A stretch of 64,000 nt of DNA from Octopus bimaculoides (taxonomy: Eukaryota). The DNA is taken from NCBI RefSeq assembly GCF_001194135.2, contig NC_069005.1, positions 27,336,070-27,400,069 on the forward strand, in the 5' to 3' direction. The translations under genes and the position numbers were made by a program. Of this stretch, positions 41,192 to 55,223 are shown piece after piece (the stretch's first letter is position 1; every line of letters begins with the position of its first letter). The notes below the pieces were generated by a model. That model was not told where the DNA came from. It saw nothing but the letters and a program-made list of their open reading frames with translations, and did not search any database.

Positions 41192-44100
41192 AGATTCTTT
41201 CAATCTCCATCTACTAAATCCACTCACAACACTGTAGTCGTTCTGAGGTTTATAGGAGAAGACAATTATCCAAGGTGCCACACAGTGGGACTGAACCAGA
41301 AACCATGCGGCTGGGAAGCAAGCTTCTTACCACACAGCCACACCTGTGCCTACTGAGAAACTCTAGAAACCAAAATGGAGCAGTTATCTTGCTTTCATTT
41401 CGTTCTAATTCTACTTACCTTTTTGGCAGTTGTTACCTTCATAGCCAGGGGCACACCCACCACTTGAGCAGGTGCCTGACTTAGGATTACATGCGCTATT
41501 CACAAAGCAGTGGCAGGTATTTCTACAGTCTTTACCAAACTTATCACTGGGGCACTCTGAAATATAGAAGCAGTTATTTATTAATAAACAATCACAGATT
41601 CTAGTTTTCCATTTTGTAATCGAAAATTGGTAAAATAGATAGTGAAGGAACCTCTAAGTAATTACTCGACCTTTCAGAAATAACAGTAAAAATCTCTACC
41701 AAACCACTGCCATGGAAAAGGCCTTCCTTTTTCACATTGGATAATACAGTCCCCAATTCTTAGAAAATGATAGGATGGTCATGGTTGGAATATTTTTGAC
41801 CATAGATTTATTAAATTAGAGGTGACATGGGCTAAAAAACAATAACAACTGAGATGCTTTCCTAAAAATCTTGAGGAGCAAGAATTTGAATTTGAAAGTC
41901 AAATTGCAATTGGAACTTGTTATAACACAAAGTCTTTTTTAAACAAAATTTTAGATCTTTTAAAATATGTCTGGGACATATTTGCCCTGTAAAAATGCTG
42001 TAGTCACTGTTATTTTCCATTGAGAATTCTCAATGGTGTTAAATAAGTTAATAAAAAAATCCAAGAAATATAGTTCTTGTATGTTCTAACCTGTTGACAT
42101 ACTCCAGACCTCTCTAGACCTGGAGAGTTTAACTCCCATTTCTAGCAATTTAAAGAGTTGATCTGCTAAATTTACTCACGTTTCTGACAGTTGCTTCCTT
42201 TGTAGCCAGCTTCACAGCCACCACTGGCACAAACACCAGTCAAAGCGTCACATTTGCTGTTGTCGGCACAGTGACAGGAATTGACACAGTTATGGCCAAA
42301 TTTACCACTTCTGCATTCTGTAGAAATTAAACAACAAAAAAGCATTAAAACATTAAATAGAATAGGGTATGTGAAGACACAAAGCTTAGGGATTAGGGTA
42401 TTCAGCTAATGGTTGTAAAGTCGTGAGTTCAATCCCTAGTGGCACAGTGTGTCCTTGAGCAAGAACCATGAGCTAATATATTTCTATAAAAAGAAAAGTG
42501 TTGCCATATAAGGTATTATTTCCTATGTCAATATGGCTCAACCAATCAGCACTGGCTGGCTTCTTATGGCTAAGATGGCTAAACTACAAAGAAAGTGGGT
42601 GAATTTTTCTGCTGAAGAGTTAGCCATAGAATCTCAATAGAAAATAGCTTCAAATATGACATTCCTCAAAAAAAACAGATAGGTTGGCATAAAACTGTTT
42701 TCTGTTGTTAAGGTTTATGAAATTTTCAGTAGATATATCTGATTTCCATAGCAGAAGGGTTTAATATGAATATTTGCACTGGAAGAGATATTGAAACTAA
42801 AAACTGGGGTCTGCTGTGTTCTGCAGTAGCTTTGGCGTAATTTACTGAATAAAACAGAACTGTTCAGAACAGCCCTTAAATAATGTATAAAGAAATCACG
42901 TTTTTATTCTTAATAATGAATATTCTAGAGACACACCAATGGTATCTGATGTCATGACATGATTATTAAAGATTATTTTTATTTAGGACACAAAATGCTA
43001 ATATCGTCAAATCTAAAAATGGTACTGGGCTAAAGATAGCAAACAACAAACTTTATCACAAAAGAGAATTAATTCAAAACAGGTATATGGTGATTAAGTT
43101 CAGTGAATGTCTTACCAACATTTCACAAATTTCTACTTTTATTTGCCAAGATTAATCTGTACAGTACTATTGAACACAACAGTATATCCCATGATAAATG
43201 CAGTGAATTTGATTTTAGAAGTTGAAACGAACTTAAAGTTTGCTCATGCCTAAACAATGCTTGGTGCTGTTATTACTGTAATTTTCATGACCCTGGCGGT
43301 CCACAGATACAACTCAGTCAATGGTGTTGACTGTATTTTAGTTAAAACCACAGCTTTGATTAGATCTGTCTAGAGTTGCCTCCCTTCGATATTTCTCATT
43401 GATAACAACTAAAGAACCAGAAACATCGATGTCTGGGAATCCATCTGACTTTTCCCAACTGGTCAATATTGTTGACTGTGTTTTAGTTAAAGCTACAGCT
43501 TTAAATCCGTTCAGAGTTATCTCATTTTGGTATTTCTCATTGATAATGGTCAAAGAACTAGAAACACGTCTGGAAATCTAACCGGTAGCAGCACTGGGCA
43601 GATATGGTGTTTCTACACCTTTTTACCATAAGAGAATTTTCCTCCTCAGTAAATTTGCCTTTAGAAGTTGAAATATGTCACAAACATATTTTAACTAGCC
43701 TAAAGTTTACTCATATCTAATATATAAATCCCATTCTGTCTGTCTGTCTTTTGTGCACTTATAACTCAAGTATTGTTCATCCGATTACGTTGAAATTTTA
43801 AACATAGATACATGAGAGAGCAGGGTGTTCCGTAATCTAAAAAGATTTTCAAAATTGTCAGTTTCAAAATGAGAATCGCTATCTTTGTAATCTTTTTGTC
43901 TGTTTCTTCTGCCATCCTGTTCATTAACTGATGTTCTAAACAATTCATTTCTACGTTTTCATATTTAAATGACAGAAATATGGAAATAAAGCTTGCTATT
44001 TGTAAATACAGTCTCATTTTGATTTAACTATTAGACCACAAACAACTGTATTCATTTCTGCCCTTTGGTTTTGTACCAATTCTGCCCTTTGGTTTACCAC

Positions 44101-47100
44101 AACAGTAACAACAAGATTAACAATGCAATCCTTACTTAACTGACAATTGTTCCCTTCATAGCCTGCAGCACATCCTCCTTCCGAGCAGGTTCCTGACACT
44201 GGGTTGCACTTCCTGTTGTCTGCACAGTGGCACATGCTGGTGCAGTTGGCACCAAACCTTGCATTTTGGCAAACTGTTAGAAAAGAATATCAAGTGTAAA
44301 AAAATATGTCACTGACTGACCCCCACTCATACTCACTTGACCCTTGAGTCTGTTCCACCTTTGACAAACCCCACTCAATGTTTCACCTCACTTCACTCAT
44401 GTCATTCTTCATCTCCATACTCTTCTTGACCTTATTCCACCCTCCACTTAAGTCCACTCTCCACATAAGTTTGCTCTCTACTTAAGTCTATTCTCCACTT
44501 AAATCCACTCTCTAGTTAAGTCCACCCTTCACTCATGTCCTTCCTTCACTCATGTCCACCCTTCACTCATGTCCACCCTTCACTCATGTCCACCCTTCAC
44601 TCATGTCCTTCCTTCATCTCATTCCATCTTGTGCTCCACGTTCCTTTGGCCTCCATACTACTCCCTCCATTTTCAACCCCATTCAACTCTTGAACTATTC
44701 TCTCCCTTGACCCCACACCACTACTGACCTCTCTCCACATTTGACCTCCCTTTACTCTTGACCCTCTCAGCCTTTGACCTTACAGCACCCTTGTTCTTTC
44801 TCTCTAACCTGGGCCCTATTTCATCCATGGCCTTACCCCCACCTTCAATTCCCTTCCAGCCTTGAACTCATTCTACCTTTGACTTCACTCCACCACTTGC
44901 CCTCAGCCGACCTCACAAAAGCATGAATATTTCAAGAAACTAATTCCCAAGGTTGGTGGAAGCATGTGGCTGAGTGGTTAGGGTGTTGGACTCCTGATTG
45001 CAAGATTGTGGTTTCAATTCTTGCCGGGTGATGCATTGTGTTCTTGAGCAAAACACTTCACTTCACATTGTTACAGTCCACTCAACTGGCAAAAATGAGT
45101 AATCCTGCAACGAACTAGAGTCACATCCAGCAGAGAATATATATGCCATGGAAACTTAAAAACCAGCCCCCTGAGTTTGTATGACTGAGGAAGGGCCTTT
45201 ATCTCTATCCTTTAATTACCAAAGTTAATTACCTACAGACACCATTCAATTTAGCTTTCAGATTACTCTGTCAAATGTAATACTTTTTTCTTTTTATTTG
45301 TTTCAGTCATTTGATAGTGGCCATGCTGGAGCATCGCCTTTAGTCGAATGAATCGGCCCCAGGACTTATTCACAACTTTCTTAATAATGCATATTAGTTT
45401 AAATGAAATTTAACAGAGCAAGTCCTAATACTCTACTTGCTTTATGTTCAAAGTGACCAGTGCTCTATGTTCAAAGTGACCAGTGCTCTATGTTCAAAGT
45501 GACCAGATCTGGCCCTTCAACCTACCCTACAATGTCATTCTGAGAAATAACACATCATTGAAGTCTCAAAGCTCTGAGATAATGCATGATTAATTCAAAA
45601 CAATGTGAATAAATTAGCATTACATGTGATAGAGTAACCTGAATGCTAAAGGGTTAATATAGTTCTGGAGATCCAAGTTGTTTGATTATTTATTTTATTG
45701 CTAAAAAGGAATAAAAAAGGATAATGGTAGATTAATATAAAACATACAAAAATGTATATCTTACCTGTTTGACAGTTGCTACCTTCATAACCTGGAGCAC
45801 ATCCTCCACTAGAGCATTTCCCAGTCTGATGGTTACACTTGCTGTTGTCTGCACAATGGCATGTATGTTGACAGTTTGGTCCAAACTTATCTCTGGAACA
45901 AACTATAGATATGAAGACAAAGAAAAAAAAAAAACGATAGTTAGTCTACCAAATCTGTGTAGGTATTTCCACCATACCAATGTACTTACATCTACGATAT
46001 TATTGTGCTCCCTAAGATGATGAGCTGCAAAATCACTAGCATGCTGGGGAAAATTCTTAGAGGCATTTCCTCCATCTTTAAGATCTGAGTTCAAATTCCA
46101 CGAGGAATATTTTTTAAAAAATTGAAAAAAAAAAAAAAAAACGTTTATAAATTTGTGTTGCAAGATTTCTGATGTGAAACCCTGTGTTAGAACAGATATT
46201 ATTGTATTTCGAGATGGTCATTTTTTTTTTTTTTTGCCAAATAAACATGCATTCTCAGAGAATGGAGTACACATGAGGATGGAAAGTGTTGCTGAAGCGG
46301 TCACAGATGTGTGACGAAAGATTTCCAGACAATGGACATGCGTTAAAATAAGAACAGTAATAAATGAGAGAAAAACAAATATATAGTGTGTGTTTATTTG
46401 GCAAAAACAAAAACAAAACAAAACAAAAAATGACCATTCCGAAATGCAATAAAAAAAATTGTGGAGAAAGACATTTCTCCTTGATTCTTATTCTTTATTC
46501 TTTCAGCAACTATAAGAGACAATTCTGGATATGTGTAGCCACTTTAGCATGTGGTCTACCAAGCCATTTAGACTTTAGTGTGCAGTCTAGTAATATATAA
46601 AGATTAAGTTAAGCAACTATAATCACTCTCTTGTATGCAAATGGTATTGTTCCCAGCCAAAGGAAACCAAAACTGGATACAAAAGATCAAATTTGGAAGT
46701 AACCTACCTTTTTGACAGTTGTTTCCTTCATAACCTGCTGCACAGGCCCCACTGGAGCAGATTCCCAACTGGGAATTACATTTGCTGTTGTCAGCACAGT
46801 GACATATATTCTGGCAGTTAGGACCGAAAGTTCCACTTTTGCAGACTAAAAGAAGAATAATCATCTCTATAGGATTGTGGAAATGGTAGTGAGAAACAAG
46901 GGAGGCGGGGATGTCGAAAGAAGAAAACAAAGGAGGAGGGGATGTCGAAAGAAGAAGAAAAAGTGGTGAGGGATGTGAATAGGAAATGGGTGGCAAAAAG
47001 AAGTGGTTCCAGGGAGAAGGGTGGGTAGGTTGGGGAGCTCATGTAACTACAGCATCTCAGTTGTGCCATAATTAGAAGAGTGATGAAGGAATGGATATCA

Positions 47101-47529
47101 AATAGATGAGTTATGGGCTGAAGACTTGACGAGGACAGATTGGATGTCGGGACATAAATATATATGACATGTGCTGGTCCATTATTATTGATATATATAT
47201 ATATATAAATATATATATATACACGCATATATATTATTATTATTATTGATATATATATATATATATACGCATATATATTATTATTATTATTATTATTGAT
47301 ATATATATATATATATATATAAAGTAGAGTTTGTTGCCACTTCAACATGGCTGTTCCATACAGATCTACGTTACTACCATTTTTTTTAACCCCAGGAGGA
47401 TACTTCTCCAAGTGGTTAATGACACAACCTGTGTCCGATATATTGCGAGCAGAGGAATGAACCCCTACCATCTAGTGGTGACAAGACCAGTAGACCAGTC
47501 TAGTTTCAGGGTATTTCCCCTCATCAGAG

Positions 47530-47568
<39 letters not shown>

Positions 47569-50500
47569 TATATATATATGTATATATGAATATATATACG
47601 TCACTAGAGTGACTAAGGGTACAAGTTAGCACCACCTTTGCTAAAAATAAGAGTTAAAACAAATCTTAGCCATGATAAAGCCCTTATCTTATGACTGACA
47701 AGGGAGGCAGGCCCTCTACTGCATCTGAGGCACAACCAGATCATCAGTGATTTCGCATTTTCATTGCAACTTCACAGAACAATTTTGTATAACAACATTT
47801 ACCAAAACAGATGTCATGTTTAACTCACATATTTACTTACCTGTCTGACAATTGCTACCCTCATAACCAGCAGCACATCCTCCACTGGAACAAATGCCTG
47901 TCTGACTGCTACATTTGCTGTTGTTAGCGCAGTGACAAGCAATTGCACAGTTCAGTCCAAATTTACCTAGTTTACACACTGAAAATAAAATAGAAATAAC
48001 TAATGTTATTTAATAACCCATAAACATATTAATTAGTAAAGTCTGGTATACACGGGTTTTATGATGGACATTATTAGGAAGCAACTTTTACATACATACA
48101 TACAGTGGCGGACTGGGTATAAAAATATTGATGTATAAAAATATTGTATGTATGTATGTATGTATGTATATAAACTTAAAGAATGACACTGTTTTATGTC
48201 TAACTGACCTTCCTGGCAGTTGTTTCCTTTAAAACCAGGGGCACACACCCCACCGGAACAGGTGCCTGTCTGAGAGTTACATGTGCTGTTGTTGGCACAA
48301 TGGCAGGTATTGATGCAGTTGGCTCCAAATTTACCTCTGCTACATTCTACAATGATATAAAAAATGTAACATCGCATTAGTCAGTCAAAATGTGTAACAA
48401 TGGCAATGGTTTGAGATTTGTCTTTGCTAGTATTACTAGTTGTTAACCCAGGACTATACTTCTTCGACCTAGTCGAGATAAAATAGATCCTTCAACAGAA
48501 ACCCACTACAATGATCACATTGATATGCTCAGCAACAAATTATTTTGTTTTTTCTTGAAATAAATTTTAATTTTATCTTTTACACACACACACACTCCCT
48601 CCCCCCTCTCTCTCTCTCAACAACAACAACCTGTTATTATAGTGAAACTCTTTTTTCAAAGTCTGCATCTTGTTGTCTACATGTTGAAAGACATACAGAA
48701 ACACACACAGAAATACAGACACAAAAATCTCAAAAAATAACTATGTATTATACATTTACATATAGTTATTTTTTGAAGTCTGAGTTGTGTTGTATTGACA
48801 GACTTGCACTGTGTTGTGTTGTGTTGATAGACTTGCACTGTGTGGTGTTGATAGACTTGCACTTAAAACCATCTGTTAGTTACTGTGGTGACAACACTGC
48901 CTATCTGCCTATTTTTTGTGTACAGTCTCTTTCCTTCTCTCTCACTGTTTGTCTCTTTCAACAACTTTTCTCCTCCCCCTTTTCCCTCCTAAATATATGT
49001 TGTTAGAGGGGCTATCTCTCCTTTTGATTCCTCCCTTCTTCCCTTCTATTACAAAGATGTTGTTACAGACAGACAGATGGAGGTAAGCTTCTCTTTTATA
49101 ATATAAGATTTAGTGAGATGATTGCAACATAGAAGACACATATTAGCCATTCAAAAACAGTCAGAGACTTAACTTCACGCCAACATTTATTATTTCATGT
49201 CAAATTTTAGTCATTGTATACTTGTATGTTATAATTTTGTTATACTTGCCTGTTTGACAGTTGCTACCTTCATAACCAGCAGCACATCCTCCACTGGAAC
49301 AAACACCAGTCTGACGATTACACTTGCTGTTGTCAGCACAGTGGCACACATGCTGACAGTTTGACCCAAACTTAGATCCAGTGCAAGCTACAAAAAATAC
49401 TGTGACAGTTTTATGGGATATCTAAACAATCACAAGTACAAATAAAAACACTCAATTTGCAAACCTACTAAGTTTTGAATATCCAACAGGAAAATCAAGT
49501 TGGTAAACAAAGTTTCTGAAAAACACTACAATAAAATGTTTATAGTTATTACTGTTGTCACAAGAGTACAGAAATATTTATTATCAATTAAAATATTGAT
49601 GTTACTTTCAATATTGTAGCTATGGAAGTTGCTACAGGATGTGGTGAATAAACTGTCATCTAAGTTACGCAAAAATGAAAATAATACTGACATCTCATTT
49701 TAACAGATATTTACCAAAATTACATAAAAATATCTTGAATTACTAAAGAGTAAATTTATTCAATAAAATCACCATTGGCTTCAACAACGGCTTCCAGACA
49801 ACTTCGGAATCTTCTGCAACTCTTTTGGACAGTCTCCTTGTTTAATTTGGTGAATGCTGCCATAATCCTTACCTTCAGTTCATGTTTGATATTACAAGGA
49901 GTTTTGTTGGTCTCTCGCTCAACTGCGCCCCACACATAATAATCAAAGAGGTTGCAGTCCGGGGAGTTAGGTGGCCAGATGTTAGGGGTGATGTGGTCGC
50001 AGAAATTGTCTGACAACCATGAATGCTTATGTGGATATTGTTTGACAGCCATGACTGCTTGTGTGGAAATGTGCAGAGTCCTGCTGCTAGACATAGGGTC
50101 TTCCAGCAGCCATCCTCTTGATCCAGGGCAACACTACCTCTGCCAGGCACTTGATGTAGGCCTCCATGTTGAGTCTGAGGCCATGCGGGAAGATGAATGG
50201 AAGCATAATGTCACCACCACTAGTGGTCACTCCAAACACTATGATGTTGACTGCATGCTTGATTTTTATCACTTTCATTACATGTCCTAAAATTGACACT
50301 CAAACACTCTGAAATGTTCGTATTGCAGTTTCCTGCGTGAATGCAAAGCAGTACAGCATGTTGTTTCCAAATTTTTGGCAGAGCGAATTGTGTCATGGTG
50401 CAGTTTTTCTCACAGACGGTGCCCAACTGACCCTACTATACTGTGTAGTTGAGAAAATCAAAAACAAACAATGTGCATGTGCAAAATTAAAAACATAAAT

Positions 50501-51300
50501 TGGTGACAATTTACCCATCACGTCCTGTATTTTTTGGTAGCCAGCTGCAACACTGCAAGCCATGTAAACAGTAACTATGAAAATCACATTATATCACCAA
50601 CCTGTCTGACAATTGGTGCCTTCATATCCTGGAGCACATCCTCCACTAGAACAAACACCAGTCTGTGTGTGACACTTCTTGTTGTCGGCACAATGACATA
50701 TACTTTGGCAGTTTGGTCCAAATTTACCTTTTATACATGCTGTAGAAAAGAAAAGACGAAGTAATGTCATTGATAAGATGACAGTCTGTGATGAAAGGAC
50801 TCTGGCGAACTCACAGACTAATTGATCAAATGATTAAAACCCTTTTGTTGCTCACAATCTCACAATTGTAAACCTGACTCTCTAACCACCGAGTGATGCA
50901 CCTTCACACACACATTTTGCTTAGGCATTGCGACTTAATATTCAAAGCCCCAATGAAGCTGTAAGGTGCTACTCAGGCATTCAACTATGTGTCCACTGCA
51001 TCTTACAGCAGAAACAACTGTAAGCTAATGAAGTTCATAAGATAATTGCTTATTCATTTGTCATCTCATTTTCTCATATACACACGTGCATATATATATA
51101 TATATATTTTATTATATGTATTTATTTTCTCCTAATTAATAAATAACTCTGACAAAATAAATTAGTTAATAGATACCAGGGTAGCAAAGATCACAAAATG
51201 ACTGTGGTGTAACTCCTGTTTATGAGGTAGAAACTCCTTGTTATTTTGGGTACTTGAGTATATATAAATTTAGTGAATGGAGTAAAATGCATATGTTGAC

Positions 51301-51335
<35 letters not shown>

Positions 51336-54065
51336 GTTAAGGTGTTACACTCATGATTATGAGATTGTGAGTTCGATTCTCAGACCAGGCGTTGTCTTCT
51401 GTCCTTGAACAAAGCACTTCCTTTCATGTTGCTCTGCAATCATTTCAACATCTGACATGTGGCACCTGTTGCACCTGTACAGGTAATGTTGATCTGATGG
51501 AGGGAGTGTTTGACTAGCACTTTATTTTATTGACTCCAAAAGGATAAAGCATACGTTATTTACATTATTTACATTTGACGGATATTTGTCCTTATCTTGT
51601 TTGTTGTTAACACGTTTCAGCTGATATACCCTCCAGCCTTCATCAGGTGTCTCGGGGAAGAATCTTGGGGTTACTAGCCCGCACTCTTAACCACTATGCC
51701 ATATGCCTGTGGGCATATGGCGTAGTGGTTAAGAGCGTGAATTACTAACTCCAAGATTCTGAGTTCGATTCCAAGCAGTGACCTTAATAATAATAACGTT
51801 GAAAAATACCTTAGGAAAGAGAACCCAGGTTTGAAATTTCCCCCATACACCTGATGAAGGCTGGAGGTTATATCAGCCAAAATGTTGTGTTAACAACAGG
51901 CAAGATGAGGACAAATATCAGTCAAATGTAAATAATGTACATAATTCCTCATCTCTTAAATATAGAACAGGATAAAGCACAGGTGACTTCAAAGAAATGT
52001 GTAAAGTGCAGGAACATAAAACACATAGTTTTCTCCTGTGTTCTAATGATTTTGTTAATGCTGTGTCCTGAGTTGACTAATAATCCATTCCACTATTGGA
52101 ACAAGGCCTGAAATCTTTGGGGGTGGCCATGGTGAAGTATTAACTTGCTTGAAAATAGGTGAGGTTTGGTGACTGAATGTACTTTGGCCATTGACCATAA
52201 AAGAAAATTGCCTCAACAATTTCCATCTGACCCATGCAAGCATGATAAAAGTGGACATTAAAACAACAGTGATGACGACGGTGATGATGACAATGACAGA
52301 GATGACCTCGGCGACAATGACAATGACGACAACAACAATATTCTTCCACTTGCCTGTTTGACAACTGCTACCTTCATAACCAGAAGCACATCCTCCACTC
52401 GAACACACACCTGTCTGATGGTTACATTTCTGGTTGTTAGTGCAGTGACATGTATTTTGACAGTTTGGTCCAAATTTCACTCCACTGCAAGCTACAAAAA
52501 AAAAAAGATAAAATAATAAAAAATTAAGACAAAAGAATGAAAAATAAAATAAAATAAAATGAAATTTATTGGATTTAATTGTATCTCAAGAGAGTGATTA
52601 TGCCAATAACCCTTTCTACTACTATAATCACAAGGCCTGAAATTTTGGGAGAAGGGCTAGGTGATTACACTGACCCCAGTGCTCAATTAAGACTTATTTT
52701 ATTGACCCCAAAAGGCTAAAATACAAAGTTGAACTCAGTGAAATTTGAGATTAGAGCATAAAAATTTTTGCCCAGCTTTTTGCTCAGTGTTTCACCCAGC
52801 ATTTTAGCTCACTTAGCTTGATGGGTCTTCTCAATCATGGCATATCACCATAGGTCTTGGTCACTTGCCATTGTCTATGTGAGGCCTACCATTGCCTCAG
52901 GCTTTTTTGATGATGATGATGATGATGATATCTTGCTTGGAAACCAATGAGGGTTGGTGACAGGAAAAATATCCAGTTATAGAAAATGTGACTATAAATC
53001 CCTGTCTCACCCATGCAAGCCTGGAAAGGAAGGCATTAAATGATGTATACACACACAACAGGCTTCTTTCTGTTTCTCTCTACTAAATTCACTCACAAGG
53101 CTTTTATTGGATCAAGACAATAGTTTATGATACTTGCCCAAGGTGCCATGCCATGGGACAGAGCTTGGAACCATGTGGTTGGGAAGCAAATTTCTTACAA
53201 GACAGTCATGGTGTAAATAAAGTGGTGCTCCAGCATGGCTGCAGTCAAATGACTGAAACAAGGAAAAAGAATAAAAGAAAGTGATACATCACTGACCCGT
53301 CTGACAGTTGCTACCCTCATATCCTGGAGCACATCCTCCACTAGAACAATTACCAGTTTGACTGTTGCACTTCTTGTTATCTGCACAGTGACATGTATTT
53401 TGGCAGTTTGGTCCAAATTTACCATTCCCACATGCTGGAAGATAAAAAATAAAACTTACCATTTCATAAAACGTCTAAACTGAAATGATACAAGAAATAC
53501 AATCTTGACAACTGATGATGTGTTTATGTCCTCAAAACTTAGCAGTTCAGCAAAAGAGACTGATAGGATAAGTACTAGGCTTACGATGGTTGTTTGACTA
53601 AAGGTGGTGCTCCAGCATGGTCGCAGTCAAATGACTGAAACAAATAAAAGAATATCTATATTTTCTCTACCTTTTTTCCTCTTTTTGTTTCTTCTTTTTG
53701 TTTCTCCTTTTATCATTTTCTATCGAGAATCATACCCTATGATAGGAACCCTCTGTATATAGATGTGCAAATTCCATAATTTTTTGCAGTCATAAATTGC
53801 TTATAAACTCATGTCAGCACCCACTGTATATGTGTGTGTGTGTCTCATCATTGTCATTAATGTCCATTTTCCATGGTGGCATGGTTTGGACAGCTTAACT
53901 GGAACTGGCAAGGCCAGAGGCCACACCAGGTTCCATAGTCCGCTTCTGGCCACCGATTTCTTCAGCTGAATGTCCTTCCTAATACCAACCACTTTACAGA
54001 GTGTACTGGGTGCTTTTCATGTAGCACGAGCATCAGTGCTTTTTTACATGGCACCAGCACCAGTG

Positions 54066-54110
<45 letters not shown>

Positions 54111-54958
54111 CATTGATAAGAGAACAAACATCAAATTCGAGTCAAGGACTTTACACGCTTCAATACATTTGATCATATATAAATATCACTATGGCCTTTA
54201 ATATATAAAGAATACATACATAAAAAACACAGAAGGTGACAAAAATATAAGCAATAAAAATACAAATATATAGAACTGCTTATCAAGAAGGTATAAACAA
54301 TCAACTAAAAAATGTAGTGTGTCATGCGACTAAAAATCTAAAAATATTAATCGACTAAAAATTCCCTTATAAACAACTTACACTTGTTAATATTAACTCT
54401 AAAATAAGGGGCCCTCGAGATAACAGACCATTCAAGAGAGTAACTTTTTTTAATTCTTCTTTAAAGAATGTTTAAAAGAGGGAAGTGTAGTGGAGTTACA
54501 ATATTTTTCGTTTGAAAATGAATTTATGTGGGCCTTATATCTCAACTTAAAATTGACAGTACTGCCTATGTAAAACCTATCCAAATTACCCTCCTCATTA
54601 ACAACACATTTACATAGTCAAACAGATTCCGCCAAAGGGACAAAACCTACAAATTTTTCATGAAATGAACTTTTTTAATTGAGGGAAGTAAAAAGAAATT
54701 TTTTTAGTCGATTGATATTTTATTGAGATTTTTAGCCGCAGGATACGTTTTAGATCTTTTAGTCAATTGTAAATACTTTCTTAATAAGCTGTTGTATTTT
54801 CATTGCATTATATTTTTTTTACCTTCTGTTATTTTATGTATGTACTCTTTATATGCTAAAGGACATGGTAATATTTTATACATGATCANNNNNNNNNNNN
54901 NNNNNNNNNNNNNNNNNNNNNNNNNNNNNNNNNNNNNNTTCTTGTAATAATTATTTCT

Positions 54959-54992
<34 letters not shown>

Positions 54993-55189
54993 CTCTTTTA
55001 TTCTCTTTACTTGTTTCAGTCATTTGACTGTGGCCATGCTAGAGCACCACCTTTAGTCAAGCAAATCGACATCAGAACTTATTCTTTGTAAGCCTAGTAC
55101 TTATTCTATCGGTATCTTTTTGCCGAACCGCTAAGTTACGGGGTCGTAAACACACCACCATCGGTTGTCAAGCGATGTTGGGGGGACAA

Positions 55190-55223
<34 letters not shown>

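Noticed and set aside
50520-50560. CSVAAGYQ peptide resembling an EGF exon piece (similar AAGF at ~38925)
   Set aside because: No Cys scaffold or splice sites; it lies at a transposon edge.
27830-51780. tRNA-like A/B-box sequences (e.g. 27830, 31666, 44960, 51712)
   Set aside because: They lack a full cloverleaf and continue into SINE bodies, so they are SINE heads and not tRNA genes.
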